A stretch of 64,000 nucleotides of DNA from Lytechinus pictus (lineage: Eukaryota), in NCBI RefSeq assembly GCF_037042905.1, contig NC_087245.1:44208001-44272000 (forward strand), read 5' to 3'. Below are positions 13,287 to 26,742 of the stretch, piece by piece. Every line of letters starts with the position of its first letter. Position 1 is the first letter of the stretch. The notes below the pieces were generated by a model, which made no database searches, was not told the DNA's origin, and saw nothing but the letters and a program-made list of their open reading frames with translations. A program made the translations under genes and the position numbers.

Positions 13287-15300
13287 TATTTTCCATAGAC
13301 TTTACACACAAGCAAATTAAGAGGATCTCAAATCCAATTTTGCAAGAGAAATACGGGCATGATCCCGGCATCTGATCGGAAAATGGAGACCACACTTACG
13401 ATAGCTTAGAATCTCAGCTACTACATACTCCAAGCCCATGCAGGTAAACCGACAGAAAGAAATGGAGATATGGATCGCGAAATAGAGGAATGTAAAATCC
13501 AGTTTTGAGAAAAAGTCATTTCCCATAGAGATTGCACACAAAATGAGCGAAAATTACATGCCTCTATAACTTGCAATTTTTCAGGATGATCCGTTCCTTT
13601 AAATGTAAATATAGCCATAACATTAGAAGGAGTATGTCTTCAGCTACAGCATATAACAAAACTAAGCGAAATTGACCAATATTTACAGAGTTAGAGTCAA
13701 TGCATAACTATGATGACGTCATAAGTAGCAAAGTGGAGATTTTGAGTTCCGGCGCCATTTTGATGACGTCATGATGAAATTAAGGGTCAAATGTGGCATG
13801 AAATCATATCTCCCATCCATACTCTATTCGAATATGAAAAAAATGGGGGTCAACGGACTACCTGAAGAGCTATAATGAATTTTGGATAGGCATGTTTTTG
13901 CACATATTTTTTACGGTTAGTGCGCGCGCGCGCGCGTGCTGTAAACTTTGATGGAGGCTAATTCCGTTATTACTTGTCGTAGAAGGTTGATCAAGGTATC
14001 AAATTACTCAGAATTATATTATCAATGCATTGATATAAAAAATGGCAATCCTATGCTCTATAGTGCCATTACGCGCGAGAACGCACGCGTAACTGTGCGC
14101 GCGCAAATTTTTGAAATGCTTAAAATGACCTGATTCGTACTCTACTTTGGTCAAAAAGTGATTTTGAGCATTTTTAAAATTTTGACGCGCGCGTACGCGC
14201 ACGTCGTGACCTTTACATGACCTCTGATGAAATGGACAGTTGACCCTTGACCTGAAGTTAATGTGATGTAAATATTGTTAATTTTCGATAATTGATAATG
14301 ACGATATGATTGATAATCTGATTTTACAAAATGGCGTCTATAGATGACGTCATGATGACCTTGAACTTGTTTTATCACATGATAAGTCCCAATATCTGAT
14401 GATATTTTGAAGATAATTGATGATGTAGATTTGGAGATTTTGTGCTAACAAGAAAAGGGCGGAAAAATGAAAATAATAAAGAAATAAAAAAGAAAATTCG
14501 TACGAAATTAACAGTTGATCTGTCGATTGACAGATCACCTAAATATTGTAAAGAAAGTGCATGGAAAATTTCGGCGCGATGGGATTGATTGGCGGCCGCC
14601 TCGGAAGGGGTCCATCATCCTGCCGGCCGACCCAGTCTTCAATACATCTCAAATACGCCAGTCCTTTTAGGGTGAATCCTCTAGCTAAATTGTGGTATGG
14701 CCTGCTAGCAAACAATGAAAACAGTAGATTCCTGTCACTAATGCCTTTTTGTCAAGGGCTTGAACTTAGGTTTTCCTGTACGCATATTATGTTTGATGGG
14801 GAAATGTGAATGAGCATTTAAAGGACAGGGAGGGGAAGGTTCTTTCAAAATATAGCACATGAAATAAAGAATGAGAATGACAAATTTAAAGCGACATCAT
14901 CCTTCATATGCAAGGCGCAAAAAATTGAAACACCTGCAGAAGCTAAGTGTTGCCTTAAAGATTTAGATTTATTTATTTCCGTTCAACAATTTTTTTCAAA
15001 ATATAATCAAAGTAACAATACATATTCAATATAATTCAAACAGATCAATGAAATTTCGTAACAAATGTTGAATATAAATTAAACAAAACTACAATGTGTT
15101 GCAATAATTTTATCTATGAAAAGAATGTAGAAATGAACGGAGGGACTTGCCAAGAAAAGCAAAAGCTTGTAGAGAAGGCAAGCCCCATAACTTAGTTTCA
15201 ATACTAATTATAAACAAACTATACAACTATATACAAAAATCGAGACGGACACAGAAGACAAGCTTAAAAGAAGTAATTCTACTCCGGAGGTGAATTCCAG

Positions 15301-15565
15301 GACCTTTTCCCACGTGAATCTTGAATCATAATTGTAATAATGATTGCTATTGTAATCGTGACTGTGATTAGCGTTCGTGATTCTAATCATGTTCTACTTC
15401 TCACTGGAGTCATCATTCAAATTACGATTTTTTTACCGTGTGAAAGGGCGGCCAGTTAAGTTTCACTCAAATTACGGTACGAATTTTCCGTGTGAAAGGT
15501 CCGATGATTCTTAACACGAATTGCAATCATTTAATGATGATTCAAGATTCACGTGTGAAAAGGCC
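15301..15565. mobile_element. MITE with GGCC-type termini (PIF/Harbinger-like)
   Basis: GACCTTTTCCCACGTGAATCTTGAATCAT is inverted to ATGATTCAAGATTCACGTGTGAAAAGGCC. No TSD recognisable. Confidence 0.6.
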
Positions 15566-16327
15566 ATATAATCCGATTTTGATGAAATTTTCAGTGTTAA
15601 GCTTGTTGGATTTTTCTTTCTATCTTTAGGGTGGACTTGTCCTTTCAATACAAACAGCCTTCCCAACTGCAGTTTGATTGGGTGTGCAAACACAAAAACA
15701 AGAGGGAAAAATATATACAGAGAGAAATAATTAGATAATAGCAAATGTGGAGATTGTTCCTCCCCTCCCATAAAAACTAGGATATATAGATTCTATAAAC
15801 AACAATTTTGTAAGCTCGGGCGTGTTTTTTTTCCTTGCGTGATTCAACTCAGAATCACATATATTTTTCTCGCCTTATATATAGTAATCCTAATATCTTT
15901 CCTAGCCATTATCGGGGTCCAGCGCTAACGCATTTGTGAACGTTTAACATCAATTTGAATTTGACAACATAAGCAAACCGGATGCTGAATTTTTTTAATA
16001 GCAAATGGGTTTTAAATCTGTGATAATTTTAGTGTCATGGACCTTTAACACTCAGTGCTGTGTATCCGAAGGGGGGGGGGGGGATCAAAAGGAATTATAT
16101 GATGAGAGGGAAGGGGGTCGGCTCTTGAAACCAATATTTTCATTGAAGAAAATTAACACTCCTAGCACCCTACACGTCATGTGAAATGCATCATAACACC
16201 CTGGCGCACGCCATTTTAAAGAGTCGATTGGTCCTTTAATGTGAATGTTCACTTTCTACGTATTATATTTTTTGTTTTGTTTCTTCTGTATATTAAAATT
16301 ACCACTGCTTTATCCAGATCAGCATAT

Positions 16328-16498
16328 CATTCTAAAAAACAGAGAGCTAATTTAGCTCTTAAAGAGCGTTTATAGTGACTGCACTTCGGAGTGCTGATTT
16401 GTCTAGTTCAAATTTGAACGAAAAAAATTAGCACTCCGAAGTGCAGTCACTATATGCACGCTCTGTAAGAGCTAAATTAGCTCTTCGTTTTTTTAGTG
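16328..16498. mobile_element. ~170-bp palindromic CACTA-like MITE just upstream of CYP coding exon 1
   Basis: Near-perfect inverted arms (GAGCTAATTTAGCTCTT..ATAGTGACTGCACTTCGGAGTGCT), ends TTTTTAGTG, with AT on both sides. Confidence 0.75.
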
Positions 16499-16674
16499 AT
16501 ACACAACATTCATATAAATCGTGTGCATTTCTTGTTTTGTATGGTGGATATGTAACTGATTTCGAGGACACCAAAACGACTCGAAAGACAATTCATCAAA
16601 TGAAATAATAGTGAAAAGTGTGATTGCCATTGTTCTTTCTCATGCTTATGGACTAGGTGAGAAACTCTGCCATT

Positions 16675-16907
16675 ATGATCGCAGACCTGGTGCTTGGTGT
16701 CCATGAATTCGGTTTCAGAAGTATTCTGCTCGGAATAACGACATCACTTCTTGTGGTATGGCTGATGAAAGGGGTTTCCAAACGAAGGAAGATCAATCTA
16801 CCCCCGGGACCGATGCCTGTGCCATGGCCCTTGCATTTCATTACGGATCTCCTGTTGAAGGCTCGAGGTACCAACCCGTTCGTATTGCTGGGCAAACTGG
16901 CTGAAAG
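16675..16907 (+). CDS. Cytochrome P450 clan 2 (CYP2-like), coding exon 1
   Basis: ATG at 16675, hydrophobic anchor, basic cluster KRRK, LPPGP hinge. Donor AG|GTAAAT, phase 2. Confidence 0.9.
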
Positions 16908-17959
16908 GTAAATCTTGTAACCTAAAACGAGTTATTATCCTTAGGTCTTTGTACCCTCATCTCTCAATCTCACAGGCATCAAACAACAGGAGTGAAACTT
17001 CGCTCGCGGGAGCCCATGTTGATGTCATATCCACATACCAGGGACCTGGGTTCAGGGGTCATCTATGGTGTTAAAATATCATATTGCATCTTTTATTGAT
17101 AGCGAATTCAGGCGAGACTGTGGTTTAAAAAGGCGAAGCGAGCAACGTAGTAGCTGAAGTCATTTAAGAAGTAATTTTATTGTCATAAAATGTAAATTTT
17201 TACGCTTGCTTCTAAACCTCCCATAGGCCTACTTCCCCAAATCATACAAATCTAAAAACAAAATACCTAACCCCCAACCCTTCCCCATCAAATTGGCATA
17301 TTTTAGCAAAGCTGGAAACACAAACCGCCATAGCTTGAATCGTCGATTTCTCGTTGTTGACTTTTCTCTTCTTATGGATCCATGTTCAAGCCATATTTAT
17401 CACTTTTCTTTAAGTATATTTCAACATAGTTATTTCCATTTTTGTATTTTGTACAATCATAACATGTATACCTATATGGAATTATGACGGATATTGTTTA
17501 TATTTTTATGTTTGTAAAATGACCAAGTCATATATATTGGTCAGTTAATCGCAGGTATCCCTGTGAATAGAACACACTCGGTTCGACCTGATGTGAGTTC
17601 TATTAGATCCTGTAATGAAAAGGACTCTCTTGGTTTTAATTAGATTGAGATTAAAGCATATCATGAGTATAAACTTCACTTTAATGATTTGTGTTAGGTA
17701 CATGATATTTATAGTGGATAGTGAATGTGTAAGACCGAAGGGTGAACTAACAATCTTATTTAATGTAAAACTGAATATTACTGTGAATCAGGATCTCACC
17801 CCCCCCCCGACAAAAAATCTGGGCTGAAGACCCCCCCCCCAAAAAAAAAAAATTTCCACGGGCATTTTACATCTAAATGTACGGGGACATGAACTAATGC
17901 TTCAATGGAAATGTTGAAATTAACACAGCCATAAAGTTTAGAAAATTATCTTTCTGCAG

Positions 17960-18111
17960 ATACGGAGATATCATTTACCTCGACAACGGCGGACGTCGTT
18001 TTGTGTTTCTTGCGAATCCTGAGCTTGTTAATGAAGCGCTTGTCAAACAAGCTGATGTAACATCCGGAAGAGAAGACTTCTGGGAACTGAAAGCTGTCAC
18101 TCAGTACCATG
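17960..18111 (+). CDS. CYP2-like coding exon 2
   Basis: Acceptor TTTCTGCAG; reads (R)YGDIIYLDNGGRRFVFLANPELVNEALVKQADVTSGR..YH. Donor G|GTAAGT, phase 1. Confidence 0.92.
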
Positions 18112-18734
18112 GTAAGTCTCCTGAAGTAAACCATTTCTTGTTCACATCAATATACGACCAAAAATACCCTTACCCGGAAAAATTGCAACAAATGATTTTT
18201 CAACGGCTTTTTGTACTATTTGACCTCATGAATAACATACTAAAAATCTACCAAAATCCGCATCCGGGAGGCGTGTTTTTTTTCCGTACCGCTAACGCGT
18301 CATAGTAGTACATCGTGTCTTTATTAAAGATCAAGCATAACAAAAACCAGGCCCGGCAACCTATCAGGTTGGACTGGCAGGTTAAATTTACATTATTACA
18401 TGATACATAAATCAGAGTACATTATACATTACGATCATAATACATTATTATTACCGTTTGATACAGTAATATAACGATTATAACATTAATCTAATTTAAT
18501 GCCAAAGAGCGACTTGAGCAGAGGCCGTTATCTGTCTACGAATGCCTCAGCTATCTCGATCTCGCGCGCGCGCTATACAAAAGTACCTTAGCGAGCTACA
18601 TGTAGGCCTGTTGCGATAAATACTTGCAGGTACAACTGAAGAACATACATGTATATGGTCAGAGAAGTGTTTTGAAGAATGATGTTCAAACTGGTTGGAA
18701 CATACTTCTTCTCTACTTTTGTTGACAATGTTAT

Positions 18735-18947
18735 GTTATACCGAGGTTGTTTTACCTGACTGCTAAGAAAGCACGAATGCCTGTGAGCAAGCAACCAGGG
18801 GACCAACGGCTTAAGGTCCTCTCCGAGGGACCTGGTAATGAGGATAAATGCCTTACCAAAGGGCACTAGCGCACCACTTGGGAATCGAACCCGGGTCACT
18901 GGAATCCGAAACCCCCGCTCTACCGACTGAGCTATCGCGCCTCCCCC
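18735..18947 (-). mobile_element. Full-length tRNA-derived SINE in CYP intron 2
   Basis: A box TAGCTCAGTCGG, B box GGTTCGATTCCC, body TGCCCTTTGGTAAGGCATTTATCCTCATT and a short (TAACA)-type tail. Confidence 0.85.
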
Positions 18948-19507
18948 ATAATGTTAACAAATATTTTACTATTAACATTACAATAAATAAACATGTACAC
19001 CAATAATGATACTCAATAGTTTCTCATCATTTGATTGCATTGATTTACATTTGGCATTACAGGGATGTGAATAATATCACCAGTGTTGTGTTTGTTACAG
19101 ATTGATGAAGATGGTGTTGGAAAATGATATAATTATGAAGTTTGTTATGGTGATACTATGATATAAAGGATGGTGTGGGTGATGATATTTATAAAGGCAG
19201 TTGTGGTAATGTGATTATTCTATACCATACATTTATGTGTGATATGATAGTGATAATGCTGATGGTGATAATTGATATAGAAATGATGGTGGTAAGATGG
19301 AAGTATAGCAACATGTACTGGTGGTGTAATAATGATTGAATTAAAATCAATTTAAACGTCCCTAGAAATTTAAATACATGTTGATTTTTATTAATATGTA
19401 TATACACATGACATATCTTGTGACATTGTGATAAATTTGTGTCATAAATTTTAGAATATTTTTTAAATAACCCCATCCCTTAAACAAACTTCCACTGAGA
19501 GTATAGG

Positions 19508-20913
19508 CACTGGCGTAAATCCGTGTTGATGGGTGGGGGGGATCGATGACTGAAATATTTTGGCATTTTTTTGCAATCATGTTTTTAGATATGCAAGGAT
19601 ATGTCCACAGTGGCGTACCGTGGGTCACGGCATGGGGGGGGGGGGGGGGGGCACCAGCAAAATTTTGAGTCACTGAGTGAGTGACCTAATAGAGACATTT
19701 TAAGGACAATGTCATTAAACGGATATGTATCTCACTGATCAAATAATGCGAGCGCGAAGCGCGAGCTGATTTTTTTTAAATATTCACACCTAAAAAGGGA
19801 CATTATAATCAAATTTGTGTAATCATGAAAGGTACCTGTCTCGCTAAACAATGCGAGCGCGAAGCTTAGATAATTCAGACCTGAAGTGAGGCATTCTAAG
19901 GTTTCTTTGTAGGAATTAACTAGGACCATTCGTATTTCATTAACCAAATGATGCGAGCGCGAAGCGCGAGCTGAACATTTTTTTATATTCAGATCAGAAG
20001 AAGGGACATTTTAAGGACTGATTTTAGGAATTCATGAAGAGCAGACATATCTCACCAATTAATGCGAACGTAATCACGGACAGGAAATGTTTCATATATA
20101 TGAAGACCTTAACATGGGGCAATCACCTTTGAGTCATGAAAAAGAAGCATATGTCACAACATAAAACAATGATAACTCAAGTGCTAGGAAATATATTTGG
20201 TTTATGTTGACTTGAAAACGGGATGTTTTAGTACAACAGGATTATATCTCGTTAAATAGACAATGCGAGCACCAGGAACAATGAAGACGTAGGCCCTAGG
20301 CAAATTATGTTTCATAAAGTTATGATAAAAATGTTTCTTATGTAATGTAACATAACATAATTATAATATAATATAACATTATAATGAATAACATTTTCTT
20401 CTTTCCCACTACGTTTCTCTTCCTTTCTCCCTCTTTACTCCTTTTCCCCCTTTCCCCGTTTTTTCCCACCCCCCATAGTTACGCCACTGCATGTCCATAT
20501 GGCAAATACCCCTCCAATAGTATTATCCTTTTTACCCCATGATGGTTTAATGGTTTTATTAGAGATTACATTCAACATTTTTTGACATTCCATCTTAATC
20601 CCTTCCCAAAGACCCCAACATTGATGAATTCGAAGAAACGGGGGTTTCTCTTCAATGTTATAATAAGGACATAAGTATTTCGTTTGGAAATGGTGAACTG
20701 GCTCTTTATTTGCATTTTATGATTCAATAATATTGTTTTATTTGTTAAGCGGTATTTTTGGAAGAATTTTCACCAATAAAACAATTATTTCTTGTGATTT
20801 TTTTTTCATTTCTTTCGTAAAAAGTGGGGGGGGGATGTTTGTACAGACCATCCCCCCCTCCTCGAAAAGTGGGGGGGATATATCCCCCCATCCCCCCGGG
20901 ATTTACGCCAGTG
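19508..20913. mobile_element. Non-autonomous hAT-like element, composite copy 1
   Basis: TIRs CACTGGCGTAAAT / ATTTACGCCAGTG; perfect 8-bp TSD AGTATAGG. Confidence 0.9.
19608..20489. mobile_element. Inner hAT-like element nested in copy 1
   Basis: TIRs CAGTGGCGTA / TACGCCACTG; 8-bp TSD TATGTCCA / CATGTCCA. Confidence 0.85.
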
Positions 20914-22060
20914 AGTATAGGGATGACATTTGTCAACCATCAGTCAGGTAACATGAATAAAATAATAAACTGGCAACCTGTTGACGATATCATATTGCTT
21001 TTTTTATACAATGTCAACTCACAATTATGCAAGTACAATTAACATTTTTTTGCTGTCAGAAATCCCCATGCAACATCAGGGAAACCGCAGCTATGATGGG
21101 ATATTTTAGGAAACATTCAATGTTAATGTTATCGCGATCAAATAGCTAGTACATGTAAGTAAGCAGAATCTGAGTTTTCTTAAGGGGTGGCTTATTGAAG
21201 ATTTGTTTTTCTTTTCTTTTAAAAATTAATCAAATGACTCAGATTTATATGTGATATTACTTTGATACAGATCATAAGAGGTGACCATCATGCATTTAGA
21301 TTGGGGGGGGGGGGGGGACCTGACCTTAAGACAATACCCACTTTGTAGATATAGGTACCCATACCTACGTACACGTTATTTGGATGGACCAGGGAGTTGA
21401 GAGTGATTGGATCGAGTCACTTACTGAGTTAAAGTTCAACTGCATACAAATCACGACAATTTGTGTGACTTAATTGCGTCATAGATACATTCCTCTCTAT
21501 TTCTGAATTGATATTGAAATTAGTATAACACTGCCCTTAATAAAGGGGAAGTTCACTATATGGGGTAGAGGGTGCTTCAGGTTGATAACTACTTCGGGAG
21601 GGAGGATGAAAACTACCATGAGTATTGAAGCAGAATTATCATCTATGAAGAAATATGCCTTTGGTTTGAAGAAAATCTGTTCAGAAATGGCTGGAATATG
21701 AAGAAAAAACTACTGTAATTAACAGTTGGGCATACCCGACAATAATTACAATTTGAAGATAACCATTATTTATCTGCTATGCGCTGATTGGCCTATTTTT
21801 GGGTAATGCATATGTTAGAATTATGTTAATTTGTCATTAGCGATCAAGAACTTACATTTTTAATGGACTAGCTATCATCCTTATTTTGGGAGAATTTTTT
21901 AAACCGATTATAATAATAATCGATTGTTAATTAATTTAATCAAATTCATCTCTAATAGTGTAAAGAAGCAATCTATTTTATAATGGTTTCTAAAATTGCT
22001 AAATAATATTCCACTTTATAAATGCAATGTTAGCATGATGTTTGAATATGGTTGAAAAAT

Positions 22061-22382
22061 CGGTGCCAGGTAAATATGGCAGAGGTAAAAATGGCAGAGG
22101 TAATAATGGCAGAGGTTAAAATGGCAGAGGTGAAAATGGCAGAGGTAAAAATGGCAGAAGTAAAAATGGCAGAGGTAACAATGGCAGAGGTAAAAATGGC
22201 AGAGGTAAAATGGCAGATGTAAAACTCTGCCATTTTTACCTCTGCCATTTTAACCTTTGCCATTTTACCTGTGCCATTATTACCTCTGCCATTTTTACCT
22301 CTTCCATTTTTACCTCTGCCATTTTTACCTCTGCCATTATTACCTCTGCCATTTTTACCTCTGCCATTTTTACACCGACCCG
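22061..22382. repeat. Foldback minisatellite element made of two inverted arrays of a 15-bp unit (GGTAAAAATGGCAGA)
   Basis: About 10 units forward then about 10 reverse; CGG..CCG ends; AAAAAT on both sides. Confidence 0.85.
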
Positions 22383-22572
22383 AAAAATCAAAACCACTAC
22401 TGATCTACCCCTTTAAATTATGAGATCTGAGACAATCTGAGCAGATTATACTATAGGTAGTTTAGTTTTTGTTTCTAAGTATATTAACAGAATAAATCTG
22501 CACGAATTTGGAGGTTGGGAAGGGCTTGTTGCAAACTACCATTACAATACCCCCAAATTTATCCTCAATATC

Positions 22573-22680
22573 AGGTCCCTCGGAGAGGACCTTAAGCCGT
22601 CGGTCCCCTGGTTGCTTGCTCACAGGCATTCGTGCTTTCTTAGCAGTCAGGTAAAAACCTCGATATAAATATAAATATAA
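22573..22680 (+). mobile_element. 3' half of the same SINE family as 18735-18947
   Basis: CAGGTCCCTCGGAGAGGACCTTAAGCCG..CTTAGCAGTCAGGTAAAA followed by (ATATAA)n. Confidence 0.8.
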
Positions 22681-22897
22681 TTATTATACATGTGTACTCA
22701 TGTCAATATAGTGACTGCAATCACTAACAACGAGTCCACGCGCATGCGTATTGCACAATTCTACTCCTGTAGTATTGCACTACTTCCGTGGTATTGCACT
22801 TTTTTGCGTACCGAAAGCAATAATGGCCTCTGCTCAAGACGCTCTGCGGCATTAAATTAGAGAATCTGACGCGTTAGCGGTACGGTAAAATCACACG

Positions 22898-25083
22898 CAT
22901 CCGGGAGAGTGGTTATTTTCAAGATGGCGTCCAAGATGGCCGCCATTCACTGAAAATGAATACAGCTGACTCATTATCCACCCTAGAATCATATTTCGAT
23001 TCATATTCCATGGTCTTGGGGGTAAAGAATTGTTGATACAGGCTAGAGTGAATTATAAACCCTCCAGTGTACCTGGCAAATCCAAGATGGCGCACAAAAA
23101 TGGCTGCCGTAGGCTGAAAGTCCACAACTCATCTAAGTGGCTTTAATTTGGTTTTATTCAATAGTTTTAAGGGTGAAGTATTACAATGGAACAAGTTACA
23201 AGGACAGCCAGTGGTTTGGTGTCTCAAAAGATCCCAAATGGTGTCCAAAAATCCAAAATGGCTTCCAAAAATGGAGTTTAAAATGGCTGTTGATAATTAA
23301 AATGGACATAGTTCATTTCATAACCACCTGGGACATGATTTTGGTGTTTTCAATGGTCAAATACGACATTGGGACAAGTGACAAGGACAGTCAATGGTCC
23401 AGTATGTTCAAAAATCCAATATTGCTTCCAAAAATGGAGTCTAAAATTGTTGTTGCTACTTAAAAAAAAGACATAGTTTGCTCAATATCCAGAAATATGA
23501 TTTTTGTGTCTACACCAACATCATTAAATAGGCCAAAATAATACATTGGGGCAATTTACAAGGAAAGACAGTGGTCTGGTATGTGCAAAAATCCGCGATG
23601 GATTCCAAAACTTGATTCTGAAATGGCTGCTAATACTTAAAGCTCATTTCATTTTGGCCTGGACGATGTAATTTTGATGTCTAAACCACTGGCTTCAAGG
23701 ATCAAATAATATATTAGGATAAGTTACAAGGACAGTCAGTGGTCTGGTATGTCCAAAAATTGAAGATGGCTTCCAAAAATTCATTCAAAATTTACTGATG
23801 TTACTTAAAGCGGACATAGTTTATTTCATATGGGCCTGGGAGATGCGATTTTTGTGTTTAAGCCGCTGGTTTCAAGGGTAAAAAATAATACATTAGGACA
23901 AGTTTTAAGGACAGTCAGTGGTCTGGTATGACCAAAAATCCAATATGGCTTCCAAAATTTGATTCTAAAATGGCTGCTGATAAGTGGCATAGCTCGTTTT
24001 ATGTCCGCCTGTGAGAGTGACTTCGGTGTCTAAAATATGGTTTCAAGGGTCAAATTATATATTAAGACAGTTATAATGACTAGGGTAAGTTACAAGACCA
24101 GTCAGTTGTCTGTATGTTAAAAATTCCAAGTTGACTTTTAAAAAATGGGGTGTAAATTGACTGTTGTTACAGTAGTTTATTATTAGAAATACACCTTGGA
24201 GGTCAAGTAATATATTGGGTTGTATTGAAAGGACAGTCAGGTGTCAGGTATGTCCAAAATTCGAAGATGGCTTTAAAAATTGGGGTTTTAAATGACTGTT
24301 GTTACTTTGGGATAATATTTTGGTGTCTACACTAGGGTTTCAAGGGTCAAAGAATACTTTGGTACCGGTTACCATGATATGCTGTTATCTATTTTGCCTT
24401 AAAATCCAAGTTGGCTTCAAAAAATGGGTTCCAAAGTGACTGCTGTTACTTAAAAATTGACATAGTTCAAACAATATCCGCCTGTGAGAAATGATATTGG
24501 TGCCTACACTTAAATGCATGGGGATAAGACTATTGTTTCATGAGTTGGTAACAGCACCCATTTTGATGAAATTTTAGAATCCATCATTGATTTTTTTTTG
24601 ACAAAATGTAATACTAACCATCCTTGTTACTCGTACGAATGTATTCTTTGACCCTTCATACCTCAATTTAGACACCAACATTATTTCTTACAGATATATA
24701 TTGTAGAACTCTGACATTTATTGAGTGATATGAGTAATTTTAGATGCCTTTTTTTAAACCCTCTTGGATTTTTTAGCCTACGGCAGCCATTTTGGGCGCC
24801 ATCTTGGATTTTCCTGGTACCCTGGAGTGCTAATATTCACCCTAACTTGTATCAATAAATTCGTTTACCCACTTGACCATGGAATATGAACCGAAGTAGG
24901 ATTCTTGGGTGGATAATGAGTGAGTTATATCAATTTTCAATGAATGGCGGCCATCTTGGACGCCATCTTGAAAATAACTACTTTCCCGTATGCGGATGTC
25001 GGTAGATTTTTAGTATGTTATTTCTGAGGTCAAATACTGCCTGAATCAGTTGAAAAATCATTTGTTGCAATTTGTTCCGGGTC
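22898..25083. mobile_element. Non-autonomous element with ~220-bp inverted subterminal blocks and internal ~120-bp tandem units
   Basis: GTGGTTATTTTCAAGATGGCGTCCAAGATGGCCGCCATTCA is inverted at ~24940-24980. The motif ACAAGGACAGTCAGTGGTCTGGTATGTCCAAAAAT repeats internally. Confidence 0.7.
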
Positions 25084-25091
25084 AAACCATA

Positions 25092-26598
25092 CACTGGCGT
25101 AAATGCGTGTTGATGGGTGGGGGGATGACTGAAATATTTTGGCATTTTTTTGCAATCATGTTTTTAGATATGCAAGGAATTGTCATTGATATGTCCACAG
25201 TGGCGTACTATGGGTCACGGCATTGGGGGAACCAGCAAAATTTTTGAATCACTGAGTGGGTGCGCTAGTGAGCGCGCGAAGCGCGCTCAGTTGCCAGTTA
25301 TACTGACCTAATAGAGACATTTTAAGGACCGTACGTTTGTCATTAAACGGATATGTATCTCACTGATCAAATAATGCGAGCGCGAAGCGCGAGCTGAAAT
25401 TTTGTTATATTCACACCTAAAAAGGGACGTTATAATCAAATTTGTGTAATCATGATAGGTACCTGTCTCGCTAAACAATGCGAGCGCGAAGCGCGAGCTG
25501 AAAACTTAGATAATTCAGACCTGAAGTGGGGCATTCTAAGGTTTCTTTGTAGGAATTAACTAGGACCATACATATTTCATTAACCAAATGATGCGAGCGC
25601 GAAGCGCGAGCTGAAAATGTTTGATATTCAGATCAGAAGAAGGGGCATTTTAAGGACTGATTTTAGGAATTCATGAAGAGCAGACATATCTCACCAATCC
25701 ACTAATGCGAACGTAATCACGGACAGGAAATGTTTTATATATACGAAGACCTTAACATGGGGCAATCACTTTTTGAGTCATGAAAAAGAAGCATATGTCA
25801 CTACATAAAACAATGATAACTCAAGTGCTAGGAAATATATTTGGTTTATATCGACTTGAAAACGGGATGTTTTAGTACAAAAGGATTATATATCTCGTTA
25901 AACAGACAATGCGAGCACCAGGAACAATGAAGACGTAGGCCCTGGGCAAGTTATGTTTCACAAAGTTATAATAAAAATGTTTCTTATGTATAATGTAACA
26001 TAACATAATTATAATATAACATTAAAATGAATAATATTTTCTTCTTTCCCACTACGTTTCTCTTCCTTTCTCCCTCTTTTCTCATTTTCCCCCTTCCCCC
26101 GTTTTTTGGGGGGGTCAGCCGATGGGGGGGGGGGATGTGCCCCCCATGCCCCCCGTAGTTACGCCACTATATGTCCATATGGCAAATACCCCTCCAATAT
26201 AATTATCTTTTTTACCCCATGATGGTTTAATGGTTTTATTAGAGATTACATTAAACATGTTTTGACATTCCATCATAATCCCTTCCAAAGACCACAACAT
26301 TGATGAATTGGAAGAAACGGGGGTTTCTCTTCAATGTTATAATAGGAAATAAGTATTTCGTTTGGAAATGGTGAACAGGCTCTTTATTTGCATTTTATGA
26401 TTCAATAATATTGTTTTATTTGTTAAGCGGTATATTAGGAAGAATTTTCACCAATAAAACAATTATCTCTTGTGATTTTTTTTCATTTCTTTCGTAAAAA
26501 CTGGGGGGAGGTTTGTACAGGCCATCCCCCCTCCTCGAAAAGTGGGGGGATATATCCCCCCATCCCCCCCCCCCCCCCCCACGGGATTTACGCCAGTG
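25092..26598. mobile_element. Non-autonomous hAT-like element, composite copy 2
   Basis: Same TIRs as 19508-20913; perfect 8-bp TSD AAACCATA. Confidence 0.9.
25198..26169. mobile_element. Inner hAT-like element nested in copy 2
   Basis: CAGTGGCGTA / TACGCCACTA termini; perfect TSD TATGTCCA at the same host position as in copy 1. Confidence 0.85.
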
Positions 26599-26742
26599 AA
26601 ACCATATATTTCCATTATCACCACTATCAGTATTACATTGTACTACCACGCCCATTATCATCAACATATTAGCTGATTTTATTATGAATAATTATATGTA
26701 GAATATGTGTGTATATAAATTATTTGTTTTCTTGATTTTTAG

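Noticed and set aside
13630..14676. Complete piggyBac-like element
   Set aside because: Only a possible right end (AGGGTGAA) is visible; no matching left end or TTAA TSD.
16657..16674. GTG start for the CYP given by the ORF track
   Set aside because: This is a eukaryotic gene; the GTG follows an acceptor-like AG and the in-frame ATG at 16675 gives a normal-length P450.
18870..18947. Functional tRNA genes (also at 11511, 13222 and 59860)
   Set aside because: A and B boxes are present but cloverleafs are incomplete, and most continue into SINE bodies.
22030..22416. (TSAIF)n and (MAEVK)n repeat proteins
   Set aside because: Artefact of the 15-bp minisatellite foldback.
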